Positions 17,449-26,910 of a DNA stretch of 64,000 nt are shown in pieces. The DNA comes from Deltaproteobacteria bacterium (GTDB taxonomy: Bacteria; Myxococcota; UBA727; VGSZ01). Location: contig JACOUT010000005.1 of NCBI GenBank assembly GCA_016177705.1, positions 30,374 through 94,373 of the forward strand. Direction: 5' to 3'. The notes beneath the pieces are model-generated. The model was not told the DNA's origin, made no database searches, and saw only the letters and a list, made by a program, of their open reading frames with translations. The translations under genes were made by a program, and so were the position numbers. Every line of letters begins with the position of its first letter. The stretch's first letter is position 1.

Positions 17449-18717
17449 CTATCGGCGGGGCTCGAGGTCGCAGGTGCCGACGAGGTCAACGTCTTCATCG
17501 TCGACGTCCACGTCGAAGATGCACGCGAGCGCGAAGGCGCAGGCGTCGTGACTGTCGCAGGGCTCGCCTGGCCCAGCGGGCTGCGTGCAGCGTTCGCGCA
17601 CACAGCGGAGCTCATCACGGCACTCCTCGCTCGTGACGCAGGAGTCGCCTTGGCCACCAGCGAGCGCGCAGGTGCCGTCCCGGCAGAAGGTGGTTCGCAG
17701 AAGGCCCCGGCACCGCGCCTCGTTGTCATCGCACCGCTCGCCGACCTCGGCGTAGCGCACGGGCAAGCAGGCGGGACCGTCAGCGCCGTCGACGCACGCC
17801 ACTCCGTCGCTGTCATTTCGACACGAGCACGGCGGCGGCTCGGCCTCGTGGTGGCCCAGCGGTCGCAGGGCGTCGTTGAGGGCGCGCAGGTCCACGCACA
17901 GTCCCTCGAGGCACCAGTTGTCCTCGTCGCATCGATCGCGGCGCCGGTCGCAGGGCTCGCCGGTACCGACCTGCCTGAACGCCCGGCAGCGCAAGTCGTC
18001 GCCGCACCAATGATCCTCGGCGCACCGGGCGCCGAGCAAGCAGGGCTCGCCCTCGAGCGGGGCGGGGACGCACGTGCTGCTGCCGAGCTCGCCCGCGACG
18101 CAGAACATGCTAGTACCGCAGTCGGCTTTGGTTTCGCACTCGTCGCGCGGCGCGCATCGACCGAGGCGGCACGTCTCCGAGCTGCATTGCCCGTCGACCG
18201 CGCACGCGTCCCCCTCTGCGAGCGTGCCGGCGAACGGCTGCGCGCACGCCTCCCACGACGCTGCCACCTCGGCGCAGGCCGCGCGCGCGAAGGTCGTTTG
18301 GCACCGCTGCATGCGTTCCTCGTCGAGCACCACGCCGTACAGCATGCGCCAGGCGTCCCAGGACGGACGCAGGTCGGGCTTGAGCGCGCGCCAGTCGTCC
18401 TCCAGCTCCAGCAGCACCGCAGGGTCGACGCCCTCGAGCTCGGGGGCGCAGCGCTGGTAGCCGTCGCCGAGCGTCGCGTCGAACGCCGCGAGCCTCTCCC
18501 CCTCGATCTGACCGGTGGACGGCTCGACAGCCCTCGCTGGCGTTGTCCGGAGTAGCTCGTCTTGTGCCTCGATCGTCGCTGCACGCGCGGCGCGCCCGGC
18601 GACGCGCACCCGTGCGGTCGACGTCACCTGGGCATCGCCTCGTGCCCAGGTCCAGGCCGCCGCGCCGAGCACGCCGGCGACGAGGAGGGCGAACGCAGGA
18701 GCGCGGCGCGACATCAA
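17449..18717 (-). CDS. secreted multi-repeat cysteine-rich protein (about 7 copies of C-x(3,4)-D-C-x2-G-x2-C-x(4,6)-C)
   Basis: Signal peptide 'MMSRRAPAFALLVAGVLGAAAWTWARG'; repeats such as 'CSSETCRLGRCAPRDEC', 'CETKADCGTSMFCVAGELGSSTC', 'CDEDNWCLEGLCV', 'CVTSEECRDELRCVRERC'. Confidence 0.7.
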   Translation of the reverse strand: MMSRRAPAFALLVAGVLGAAAWTWARGDAQVTSTARVRVAGRAARAATIEAQDELLRTTPARAVEPSTGQIEGERLAAFDATLGDGYQRCAPELEGVDPAVLLELEDDWRALKPDLRPSWDAWRMLYGVVLDEERMQRCQTTFARAACAEVAASWEACAQPFAGTLAEGDACAVDGQCSSETCRLGRCAPRDECETKADCGTSMFCVAGELGSSTCVPAPLEGEPCLLGARCAEDHWCGDDLRCRAFRQVGTGEPCDRRRDRCDEDNWCLEGLCVDLRALNDALRPLGHHEAEPPPCSCRNDSDGVACVDGADGPACLPVRYAEVGERCDDNEARCRGLLRTTFCRDGTCALAGGQGDSCVTSEECRDELRCVRERCTQPAGPGEPCDSHDACAFALACIFDVDVDDEDVDLVGTCDLEPRR

Positions 18718-18974
18718 CGCCCGACACCGCCCGGCCCTCGCCGGTTCCGCCTGACGCGCTGTTCCTGTGAAAGAACCTCTCGTCGCCGTCCCGGTGCCGC
18801 TCGTCGAGGTCCATGCCGCTGAGCAGCACCAGGGGCACCACGAGGTGCAGGCTGCGGTCGATCGCGTGAGGCTACCCCCGCGGGATCGCAGGGAATTCCA
18901 GGGCCGCGGTCCGGATCTGCTGGCAGAGCGTCACGGCATCCGTTATAACGGACAGAGCGCAAATCTCGACGTGC

Positions 18975-19448
18975 TTGGGAGCGGAGGAGCTGATGGAGCG
19001 CTGGGAATTCTGGCTGGGCGCGCTGGCGCTCGGTGGCATCGCGGTGGCGACGCTGGCGGCCAGTGGTCGACCGCTCGGCGTCTCGGGCTTCGTCGCGGCC
19101 ACGCTCGGGCGTCGCGCCGCTGCGCCGCGCCTTGGCTCGGCGCTGTTCCTGGTCGGCATCGTCGTCGGCGGCGCGCTGGCGGCGCTTGGTAGCGGCTGGT
19201 CGACGTCGCTGGCGGACGCCGCGCATGCGCGCTTCTTCGGCGCCGGCGCCTCCGGCCTGGCGGCGCTCCTCGTCGGCGGCGCGCTGGTCGGCTTCGGTAC
19301 CTCGTGGGCGGGCGGCTGCACCTCGGGTCACGGGCTGGCGGGAGTGTCGCGCGTGCAGCCGGGCTCGCTGGTCGCCACCGCGGCCTTCTTCGGCACCGCC
19401 GTGGTGGTCTCGCTCGCGCTCGCGCAGCTCTTTGGCGGTGCCGCATGA
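18975..19448 (+). CDS. YeeE/YedE family membrane protein, N-terminal half of a two-gene split pair
   Basis: 'GTSWAGGCTSGHGLAG' signature; 4 TM segments. Confidence 0.75.
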   Translation: MGAEELMERWEFWLGALALGGIAVATLAASGRPLGVSGFVAATLGRRAAAPRLGSALFLVGIVVGGALAALGSGWSTSLADAAHARFFGAGASGLAALLVGGALVGFGTSWAGGCTSGHGLAGVSRVQPGSLVATAAFFGTAVVVSLALAQLFGGAA

Positions 19449-19888
19449 CCCCGACCGCCGTCGTCCCCTCGACGTCGCCGGCGCGCCAGCTCGTGTCGCT
19501 GCCGCTCGGCATCGCACTCGGCTACTCCTTGTCGCGCATCGGCTTCACCGACTACAGCGAAGTGCACCGCATGTTCGTGTTCGCCGACCTGCGCCTGTTC
19601 CTGGTGTTCATGGGCGCCGTGCTGGTCACCGGCATCGGCACCGCGGCGCTCGGCCGCTGGCGCACGCTGCCCAACAAGCGTATCCACCGTGGAGCCGTCG
19701 TCGGTGGCGTGCTGTTCGGCCTCGGCTGGGCGATCGCCGGGGCCTGTCCGGGCGCGGCGTTGGCGCAACTTGGCGAAGGCAAGCTGTACGCGTTGGTCAC
19801 GCTCGTCGGCATCGCGCTCGGGACCACTGCGTTCCACGCCCTCGCCGGGCGCTTCCGGCTGTTGCGCAGCGAGGACGCCTGCGGCTGA
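19445..19888 (+). CDS. YeeE/YedE family membrane protein, second half
   Basis: ATG overlapping the previous stop; 'GLGWAIAGACPGAALAQLG' signature. Confidence 0.7.
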   Translation: MTPTAVVPSTSPARQLVSLPLGIALGYSLSRIGFTDYSEVHRMFVFADLRLFLVFMGAVLVTGIGTAALGRWRTLPNKRIHRGAVVGGVLFGLGWAIAGACPGAALAQLGEGKLYALVTLVGIALGTTAFHALAGRFRLLRSEDACG

Positions 19889-19936
19889 CCGAGGCGCCGG
19901 GTCGCCCCGCGGTGCTGCGCGCCCGACCAGGAGCCG

Positions 19937-20962
19937 CTACTGCGGCGCGGCGACGAGCGCGCGCACCGCGTCCCGCAAGGTCTCGAGCGCTGCGTAGTCG
20001 GCGCCCGAGGTGTCTCCTTCGACGCGCGCGACGCAGCGTGGTTTGCCCTTCATGACCTCGAGGCAGGTCTCGCTTGCCGGTGAGCCCTTCCTGCGAGGCA
20101 CCGCCGGGCGCGACGCCTTGGTCCGCTGGAACGCCTTGAGCAGGCCCTCAACCTCGGCGGGGTTCGTCAGCACGCCCGCGGCCTTTCGTTGTGGTGTGGT
20201 CTGCTCGACGCGCGTGCCGACGACGTTGAACGCCTCGATGGCGGCAGCGCCGGCGCCGGCGCTGCGCGTCGTCAGCGTGAAGCACAGCGCGGGCGCGTCC
20301 TTCTTGCTCAGCTCGATGGCGAGTGACCAGGCGTCGACGTTGGCCGCGGCACGCGCGATCAGGCGCTGCAGCGCCGGGGCATCCGCGCTCAGCACGGTCT
20401 CCTTCAGCGACTGCCGCTCGCCATCTCGTGCGTCGCCGTAGCCGCGCACCAGCTCGACCACGGGCAGGCTGCCCGGGTCGCGCGCGATCTCGGCGTCGAG
20501 GAAGTCGGCGTCCAGGTATTCGAGCGCGACGCCGTCGGCGGGCGTGCGCACCACCCTGAGGTAGAGATGCTGGGGCAGGCTCATGCCCTTGGCGAGCTTG
20601 CCGGTTTTGCTCAAGTCCTCCGCGACCAGATCGGCGTAGCGCTTGCCCTCGACGTCGAACAGGAACAGGCGCAGCCGCACGTCCTTCAGCTCGGAGGTCG
20701 GGCTCTCGTCGCCGATCACCAACAGGTAGGACGGGCCGTCGGTGGTGTCCTCGCGCTTGATGGTCGAGGTCGGGAAGGTGCCGGGCCGCTTCTTCGACGG
20801 CTCAGCCGACACCGTCACCCAGCTTCCGACCAGGGAGTCGTCGGCGACGACGGTGCCCGGCATGAACGCTGAGTGAAGCCCGGCGGCCGGGCCACAGCGC
20901 TCACCTTGCAGGAGCAGGGCGGCAGGGAGGAAGGCGAGCGGGAACAGGCGAGAGCGGCGCAT
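19937..20962 (-). CDS. secreted hypothetical protein
   Basis: Signal peptide 'MRRSRLFPLAFLPAALLLQGERC'; 341 aa, balanced composition. Confidence 0.55.
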   Translation of the reverse strand: MRRSRLFPLAFLPAALLLQGERCGPAAGLHSAFMPGTVVADDSLVGSWVTVSAEPSKKRPGTFPTSTIKREDTTDGPSYLLVIGDESPTSELKDVRLRLFLFDVEGKRYADLVAEDLSKTGKLAKGMSLPQHLYLRVVRTPADGVALEYLDADFLDAEIARDPGSLPVVELVRGYGDARDGERQSLKETVLSADAPALQRLIARAAANVDAWSLAIELSKKDAPALCFTLTTRSAGAGAAAIEAFNVVGTRVEQTTPQRKAAGVLTNPAEVEGLLKAFQRTKASRPAVPRRKGSPASETCLEVMKGKPRCVARVEGDTSGADYAALETLRDAVRALVAAPQ

Positions 20963-21036
20963 GCGGCCAGGCTACAGCGGTGGTCGCTGCACGTCGCACG
21001 GCGAGAGCCCAGGCCCGCTGCTCACGGCGCCCGGGG

Positions 21037-22578
21037 TCACGGCGGCGTTGCGCCAAACTCGAACGCGCCGGCGTCACATGCGCCGTCAGTGCGCAAGAAG
21101 CCGCGCTGGTCTGCAGGCGGGCAGGTGACGGACGCGGCGGCGCCTCTGGCGGGGCTGGTAGCGGCGATTGACAGCGTCGGGGTCAGGCCGCCCTGGTTCG
21201 CGACATTGGCCGCGAGCTGGGGATCGGCGAAGACGTCGCCGTAGATGATGCTGAGGCCGCAATCTGTGTCGACGGTGGGCGAGACGTTGCCGCCGAGTGA
21301 GAGGAACTGCCCGTCGTTGGCGAAACAGGTGCCGGCCGACGGGTCGTCGATGATGGAGCCGAGCAGCACGACTGAGCCGGGCGGCCCCTCTTGATCGTCG
21401 AGCCGCGCCATCGCGCCGGTGTTGCCGCGGAACGTGGTGTGCACCAGCTCGATGGTCTCGTCGCCGCAGATGAAGATGACCTCCTGGCCGGCGTTGGCGA
21501 AGAAGGTGCTGTTCTCGAAGCGCACCGTGCCCTCGGTGGCGCAATTGACGTCGATGGCGCCGCCGCGGTTGTCGCTGATGTTGCCGATGAACAGCGAGCG
21601 GCGGATCACGACGTTGGCGCCGGGCACCGCCAGGTAGAGTGCGCCGCCGACGTCGCCGGCGCGGTTGCGATCGAGGACGCAGTCCTCGAGCAGCATGGTG
21701 GCGTTGTCGTGCACGCCGATGGCGCCACCGCGGGAGTAGCCCGGCGGCGTCTCGAGCCGGTTCATCACGAACGACGCGTGGTGCCCCTCCAAACGGGCAT
21801 TGCCGAACAGCGCGATGGCACCGCCTTGGTAGTAGACGGTGTCGACCGAGGTGCTGACGTTCTGCCGAACGTCCACGTCCTCGAGCAGCAGGGTCGCGCT
21901 CGTGGTGACCACCGCGGCGGCGGCGTGGGTGGTGGAGACGCCGCCCGCCAGCATCATGGTGCGCAGCCGCAGGCGCACCGTGCCGCTCAGGACGAACAAC
22001 CGGTTCGTGCCGCCGCCCTGCAGCGCGACGCCGTTGCCCTCGATGGTCAGGTCGCCGACGTCGAGGTTGAGGCTCGAGCCGATGCCGATGGTGCTGAGCG
22101 CGGCCTCGATGCAGATGGTGGTCGGCAGCGGCCCGAGCTGGTTCGCCTCGTCGAGCGCCGCTCGCAAGGTACAGCCACCGCTTGGCGCCAGGCACGTGCC
22201 GTCTGGGGCAGCGTCCCCGTCGTCGAGCTCGGAGGTGACCTTGAACGCGCCGACGCAGGCCGGCTCCCCCTCACCTTCGCCTTCGCCCTCACCCTCACCT
22301 TCGCCTTCGCCCTCACCCTCTCCTTCGCCCTCACCCTCGCCTTCGCCCTCACCCTCGCCTTCGCCCTCTCCTTCACCCTCGCCTTCGCCCTCTCCTTCAC
22401 CCTCGCCCTCCCCCTCGCCCTCGCCCTCGGCCGAGCGGCACGCGCCCTCGACACACCGTTGCCCGGCTTCACAGTTCGCATCGCCCTGGCACGGCAGCGG
22501 CGCCAGACCAAAGGACAGGCAACCCGCGACCAGCGCGGCGAGGAGCGCCAGCGCCAGCACCCATCGGCGCCCGCTCAC
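21037..22578 (-). CDS. lipoprotein: Cys motif, ~35x(GE), then right-handed parallel beta-helix domain (copy 3 of the module)
   Basis: GTG start at 22578 overlaps the upstream TGA (GTGA): 'VSGRRWVLALALLAALVAGCLSFGLAPLPCQGDANCEAGQRCVEGACRSAEGEGEG...'. C-terminal beta-helix repeats ('NRLFVLSGTVRLRLRTMMLAGG', 'GGAIALFGNARLEGHHASFVMN', 'GGALYLAVPGANVVIRRSLFIGN', 'GGAIDVNCATEGTVRFENSTFFAN'). The upstream ~380 codons of ORF 21037..23730 are poly-Arg junk. Confidence 0.75.
   Translation of the reverse strand: MSGRRWVLALALLAALVAGCLSFGLAPLPCQGDANCEAGQRCVEGACRSAEGEGEGEGEGEGEGEGEGEGEGEGEGEGEGEGEGEGEGEGEGEGEGEGEGEGEGEPACVGAFKVTSELDDGDAAPDGTCLAPSGGCTLRAALDEANQLGPLPTTICIEAALSTIGIGSSLNLDVGDLTIEGNGVALQGGGTNRLFVLSGTVRLRLRTMMLAGGVSTTHAAAAVVTTSATLLLEDVDVRQNVSTSVDTVYYQGGAIALFGNARLEGHHASFVMNRLETPPGYSRGGAIGVHDNATMLLEDCVLDRNRAGDVGGALYLAVPGANVVIRRSLFIGNISDNRGGAIDVNCATEGTVRFENSTFFANAGQEVIFICGDETIELVHTTFRGNTGAMARLDDQEGPPGSVVLLGSIIDDPSAGTCFANDGQFLSLGGNVSPTVDTDCGLSIIYGDVFADPQLAANVANQGGLTPTLSIAATSPARGAAASVTCPPADQRGFLRTDGACDAGAFEFGATPP
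22268..22428. repeat. GGYGAR microsatellite (~27 units) encoding (GE)n
   Basis: 'ccctcaccttcgccttcgccctcaccctc...' in-frame within 21037..22578. Confidence 0.85.
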
Positions 22579-23246
22579 GGCTCGCCTCCGGCGGCGACGC
22601 CGACGATGACACCGCCGGCGATGGCGAGCAGCACCCCCGCGCCGGCGCCGACGGCGCTCACCTGCCCGACGGCGCGCAGCGCGCCGCGCTCGGCGCCCGG
22701 TCGCGTCGGATCGGCGAGCGCGCTCTCGGCGTAGGCGAGCCCGCCCGCGCCGCCGACGAGCACCACCGCGCCCGCCCCCGCCACCACCGCGCCCGCCACC
22801 ACCGCAGTCGACGGCCCGTCCTGCTGCGCAGGCGGGACCGGCGCCGGCAGCGCCTCCGGGCGCGGCAGAGCAGGGGCTTGCGCGGCGCGCTCCGCCTCCA
22901 CCTCCTGCCGCACGCTCGCGAAGAACAGCGCCACCTTGGGCGGCGCGTCGGCGTCGAGCGTGGTCTCGGGCGCGCGCAGCAGCACGTAGCGGAAGTTGAT
23001 GCGAGCCTCCAGGTCGCGCCCGAGGATGCGGTGCGCGATGCCGGCGAGCAGGTTGGCGCGCAGCTTCTCGTCGTCGCTGGCCTCGGGAGCGGTGGCCGCG
23101 CGCATCAGCTCGTCCGCCGCGATCTCGTAGTCGAGCGCCGCCATCGCCGCTTCGCCTCGGGCGAGGTGTTGGGCGGGGGTGACGGGCGCGGCGACGGCGA
23201 CGAGCGCGGCGAGCAGCAGCACGGTGGCAGCATACCGTGCGCGCAT
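22575..23246 (-). CDS. module partner (copy 3): signal peptide, TPR-like helical domain, Pro/Ala linker, double Gly/Ala-zipper tail
   Basis: ATG at 23246: 'MRARYAATVLLLAALVAVAAPVTPAQ'. Tail 'VVAGAVVAGAGAVVLVGGAGGLAYAE...VSAVGAGAGVLLAIAGGVIVGVAAGGEP'. Confidence 0.6.
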   Translation of the reverse strand: MRARYAATVLLLAALVAVAAPVTPAQHLARGEAAMAALDYEIAADELMRAATAPEASDDEKLRANLLAGIAHRILGRDLEARINFRYVLLRAPETTLDADAPPKVALFFASVRQEVEAERAAQAPALPRPEALPAPVPPAQQDGPSTAVVAGAVVAGAGAVVLVGGAGGLAYAESALADPTRPGAERGALRAVGQVSAVGAGAGVLLAIAGGVIVGVAAGGEP

Positions 23247-23362
23247 GATCCGGGCGGGGTTGTCGCAGGCGGTGCAGGTGCGCATCCTGGCTCGATGTCC
23301 TTGCGCGAAGACGTGGCGCTGCCGGAGCCGGTGCGGGACGCCCTCGACCGTGCGAGGATGCC

Positions 23363-24790
23363 GTGGTGAGCGCCGCGCGCACCGCCACCGAGACGCGCAC
23401 CTCGACGCGTCCGTCGACCGGCACCTCCACCGGCACTGAGGCGCGTCGCGCGCCCGACATCGTCGCGGGCGTGGTCGACGCCGACAAGCTGGCCGACGAG
23501 ATCGCGGCTACCTCGGTCGACCCGCGCCTGTGGACCGGCGCCTTCGCCACCAACGTCTGGGGCGGCCGCTTCGCCGTCGACGGCGTGCTCGGCGAGGGCG
23601 CGCAGGGCACCACCTTCCAAGGCACCGACCTCAAGACCGGTGGCCGCGTCGCCATCAAGGTCTTCGACGTTGGCCGCGCCAAGGACTGGAAAGCGGTGCA
23701 GCTCTTCGACCGCGAGGCCGAGACGCTCAAGAGCGTCGATCACCCGGGCATCCCCAAGCTGCTCGACGTCATCGTCGACGAGGAGACCGGCGCGCGCGCG
23801 CTGGTGCGCACGCTGGTGCCGGGCGAGAGCCTGGCCGCCGAGATCAAGAGCAAGGGGCCGCTCGCCGAGGCGGCGTTGTGGAGCGTGATCATCGACGTCA
23901 CCGACGTGCTCGGCGCGCTGCACGGCCGCTCCTCGCCCATCGTGCACCGGGACATCAAGCCGGCGAACCTGATCCGCCGGCCCGACGGCAAGGTGTGTCT
24001 GGTCGACTTCGGCGGCGTCGGCAGGATGCGCGAGGCGGCCGGCTCCACGGTGGTCGGCACCTTCGGCTACATGGCGCCCGAGCAGCTCTATGGCGCGCAG
24101 ACGCCGGCCACGGACATGTACGCGTTCGGCGCCACGCTGCTGATGCTCGCAACCGGCCGAGAGCCCGAGGAGCTGCCAAGGAGCGGCCTGTCGCTCGACG
24201 TCGACCAGGCGGCGCCCAAGCTGTCGCCCCAGTTGCGCGCGCTCGTGAAGAAGCTGACCGCGCCCGACCCGAGCGGCCGTCCGGCCGACGCCAAGGCGCT
24301 GCTCGCGGAGCTGCACGCCATCGCTGACGCCAAGGACCGTCCGGCCGTCGAGCCGAGCTGGCCGGAGCCGATGGTCGACAGCCCGTTCGCCGCGCGCGGC
24401 GTCGAGGGCGACTTCCTGGTGGGAATCGTCGGCCTGGTGTTCGGCGTGCTCGGCGTGGTCGGTGCCGTCATCGTCGGGCAGCTGCTCATCCCGCTCGTGC
24501 TCACCATCATCGCCGCCACCGCCGACGGCGCGCAGAAGGAGCGCATCCTGGCGGCGCGCGCGCGCGTCGTCGAGGCGGCGACGTTGGCGCAGCGCTCCTT
24601 CGAGCGCTCGGCGCAGCACGGCGCCAAGAAGCTCGAGAGCGCCTCCGAGCGCGAGCGCGAGCGCGCCGAGGATCGCCGCCGTCGCCGGCGTGAGCTCAAG
24701 CGCCACTGGAAGGAAGAGGAGCGACGCCTCAAGCAGCTCGCCAAGGACGCCAAGCGCTCGGCACGGCGCGACGGTAGGTTCTGGGTGTAG
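23363..24790 (+). CDS. Hanks-type Ser/Thr protein kinase with C-terminal TM helix and coiled coil
   Basis: 'VAIKVF', '[10 protein letters not shown]', 'DFG', 'GTFGYMAPE'; TM '[34 protein letters not shown]'. Confidence 0.85.
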   Translation: MVSAARTATETRTSTRPSTGTSTGTEARRAPDIVAGVVDADKLADEIAATSVDPRLWTGAFATNVWGGRFAVDGVLGEGAQGTTFQGTDLKTGGRVAIKVFDVGRAKDWKAVQLFDREAETLKSVDHPGIPKLLDVIVDEETGARALVRTLVPGESLAAEIKSKGPLAEAALWSVIIDVTDVLGALHGRSSPIVHRDIKPANLIRRPDGKVCLVDFGGVGRMREAAGSTVVGTFGYMAPEQLYGAQTPATDMYAFGATLLMLATGREPEELPRSGLSLDVDQAAPKLSPQLRALVKKLTAPDPSGRPADAKALLAELHAIADAKDRPAVEPSWPEPMVDSPFAARGVEGDFLVGIVGLVFGVLGVVGAVIVGQLLIPLVLTIIAATADGAQKERILAARARVVEAATLAQRSFERSAQHGAKKLESASERERERAEDRRRRRRELKRHWKEEERRLKQLAKDAKRSARRDGRFWV

Positions 24791-24859
24791 CCCTTTCTGG
24801 TCTGAGCACGCCCGCGCCGGGGCTTGTGCGCCCAGCGCGCGTGGGGCAAGAGGAACGCG

Positions 24860-25591
24860 ATGAAGTGGTCGACGATCGCCGCGCTGATGTTCAAGCACCG
24901 CGTGGCCTTCCTGCTCGTGTGGGTGGTGTGTTGGGTCGGCTGCGATCAGGCGAGCAAGATCTGGGCGCAGGGCGCGCTCGCGGAGCAGCGCGAGGTGGTC
25001 AGGCCCAAGGAAGTGGTGGCGCCTGACGGCACCAGCACGCGCACCGAGGAGCGCGTCACCCAGTTCTTCGCCAAGCGCACCATCACGCTGCACGAAAACG
25101 GCCTGTTCGGCCTCGGCTTCAAGTACGCCGAGAACCGCGCCGCTGCCTTCTCGCTCACCGAGTCGATCCCCGAGGGCGCGCGCCGGCCGCTGTTGTTGCT
25201 CGTCAGCGTCGCGGCGTGTGCGCTGATCGCCGTGTGGTACCTGCGCCTCAAGGTGGTCGACGGGCTTCTGATGCTCTCGTTCGCGCTCATCATCGGCGGC
25301 GCGCTCGGCAACTTCTTCGACCGGCTGCGGCTCAGCTACGTCATCGACTTCCTCGACATGTACCTGACCGGGCCGGGCGCGGTCGCCTGGCTGCGCGCGC
25401 CGCACTCGCTGTTCGGCATCGGCTTCCGCCTGTCCGACCACTGGCCGACGTACAACGTCGCCGACGTCGGCATCGTGTCGGGCGCCATCGGGGTCTTGCT
25501 GCGCACCTTCAAGCCGCTGCCGGGCACCTCGACCGACAGCGCCGTCGAGCCGAGCCCGCCGGCGCCCGCACCCGCCAAAGAGGCCGCCTGA
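24860..25591 (+). CDS. lspA: lipoprotein signal peptidase (signal peptidase II)
   Basis: 'GGALGNFFDRLRLSYVIDFL', 'WPTYNVADVGI' LspA motifs; 4 TM segments. Confidence 0.85.
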   Translation: MKWSTIAALMFKHRVAFLLVWVVCWVGCDQASKIWAQGALAEQREVVRPKEVVAPDGTSTRTEERVTQFFAKRTITLHENGLFGLGFKYAENRAAAFSLTESIPEGARRPLLLLVSVAACALIAVWYLRLKVVDGLLMLSFALIIGGALGNFFDRLRLSYVIDFLDMYLTGPGAVAWLRAPHSLFGIGFRLSDHWPTYNVADVGIVSGAIGVLLRTFKPLPGTSTDSAVEPSPPAPAPAKEAA

Positions 25592-25875
25592 TGTACCTGG
25601 CGCGCGTCATCGGCACCGTGGTCGCCACCAAGAAGGCCGACCACATGACCGGCCTCAAGCTGTTGGTGGTCGAGCCCGTCGACCGGGCCAACAAGCCGAA
25701 CGGCGAGATTCATGTCGCGGTCGACGTGGCGCAGGCCGGCGAGGGTGACCTGGTCACCTGCGTCGGCTCGCGCGAGGCGGCGCTGGCCATCGAGCCCTCC
25801 TTCGTGCCGGTCGACGCCGCCATCGTCGGCATCGTCGACCAGACCGACTGGGTGGCCGACCGGGTGCGCGCATGA
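25591..25875 (+). CDS. bacterial microcompartment vertex protein BMC-P (EutN/CcmL/PduN family, PF03319)
   Basis: 94 aa 'MYLARVIGTVVATKK...LKLLVVEPV...VAVDVAQAGEGDLV'; SD 'aagagg'; start overlaps the lspA stop (TGATG). Confidence 0.85.
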   Translation: MYLARVIGTVVATKKADHMTGLKLLVVEPVDRANKPNGEIHVAVDVAQAGEGDLVTCVGSREAALAIEPSFVPVDAAIVGIVDQTDWVADRVRA

Positions 25876-26231
25876 TCCTGTGCGACGTGGTCGGCACGGT
25901 GGTGATGACCGTGAAGCACCCGGCGCTCGCCGGCGAGAAGGTGCTGTGCTGTCAGCCGCTCGACGACGCCAAGGAGCCGGCCGGCGCCGTCATCCTGGCC
26001 GTCGATCGCGCGCAGGCCGGCGTGGGCGACCGCGTGCTGGTGATGCGCGAGGGCAACGGCGTGCGCCAGATCATCGGCCGCGAGCAGGGCAAGCCGCTCG
26101 ACGAGGCCGTCAAGATGGATTGGCCGGTGCGCTCGATGGTGGTGGGTGTGGTCGACCGTGTCGATGTCGCGCCGCGCGGTGCTTCGGTCGGCGGTGCTTC
26201 GCTCGGTAGGGCGCGCGACGCCAAGGCGTGA
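25872..26231 (+). CDS. second BMC-P (EutN/CcmL family) paralog with ~25 aa C-terminal extension
   Basis: '[16 protein letters not shown]...KVLCCQPLD...[17 protein letters not shown]'; ATGA overlap with the preceding gene. Confidence 0.8.
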   Translation: MILCDVVGTVVMTVKHPALAGEKVLCCQPLDDAKEPAGAVILAVDRAQAGVGDRVLVMREGNGVRQIIGREQGKPLDEAVKMDWPVRSMVVGVVDRVDVAPRGASVGGASLGRARDAKA

Positions 26232-26235
26232 CGAC

Positions 26236-26901
26236 GTGAGCGAGCCGCACAAGCGCCTGCTTGCCGAGGTGTCGCGCCGCATGCACGCCGCCGGCTGGGT
26301 CGCCAACCACGACGGCAACGCCTCGGCGCGCCTGGCCGACGGCAAGCGCTTCCTGGCCACGCCCACGGCCGTCTCCAAGCGACTGGTCGACGCGCACGAG
26401 GTGCTCACCGTCGACGTCGAGGGCAAGGTGCTGTCCGGTCGGAAGCGCCTGTTCTCGGAGTGGCACCTGCACGCCGCCGCCTACCGCGCACGCCCCGACG
26501 CCGGTGCCGTGCTGCACGCGCACCCGCCGCACGCGACCGCCGTCGGCGTGGCGCGCAAGCAGCTCGGCGTGCCGGCGCTGCCCGAGATGGTGGTGAGCCT
26601 CGGCGCCAACGTGCCGACGCTCGACTTCGCGATGCCGAAGAGCGCGTCGCAGGACACCGCCATCGCGCGCGCGCTTTGCGAGGGTGACGCCGACGCGCTC
26701 CTGCTGGCCGGCAACGGCGTGCTGGTGGTCGGCGTCGACCTCGAGCAGGCGTACCTACGCCTGGAGCTGGTCGAGCACTACGCGCGCATCCTGGTGGCGG
26801 CCGCTGCCCTCGGCGGGCCAGCGCCGCTGCCGGCTGACGACGTCAAGAAGCTGCTCGAAGCGCGCACCAAGGCGGGGCTCGGCCGAGCGGCACGGCAGTA
26901 G
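26236..26901 (+). CDS. class II aldolase/adducin-family protein (fuculose/rhamnulose-phosphate aldolase-like)
   Basis: GTG 5 nt after the BMC-P stop; '[11 protein letters not shown]', '[10 protein letters not shown]' metal-binding His pair typical of class II aldolases. Confidence 0.8.
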   Translation: MSEPHKRLLAEVSRRMHAAGWVANHDGNASARLADGKRFLATPTAVSKRLVDAHEVLTVDVEGKVLSGRKRLFSEWHLHAAAYRARPDAGAVLHAHPPHATAVGVARKQLGVPALPEMVVSLGANVPTLDFAMPKSASQDTAIARALCEGDADALLLAGNGVLVVGVDLEQAYLRLELVEHYARILVAAAALGGPAPLPADDVKKLLEARTKAGLGRAARQ

Positions 26902-26910
26902 CCCAAGAGC

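Noticed and set aside
21086-22195. Alternate-frame ORFs over the beta-helix lipoprotein and the ~380-codon N-terminal extension of ORF 21037..23730
   Set aside because: Poly-Arg/Gly translations. The extension is antisense to the well-formed 22575..23246 gene. A GTG start at 22578 with GTGA coupling gives a proper signal peptide.
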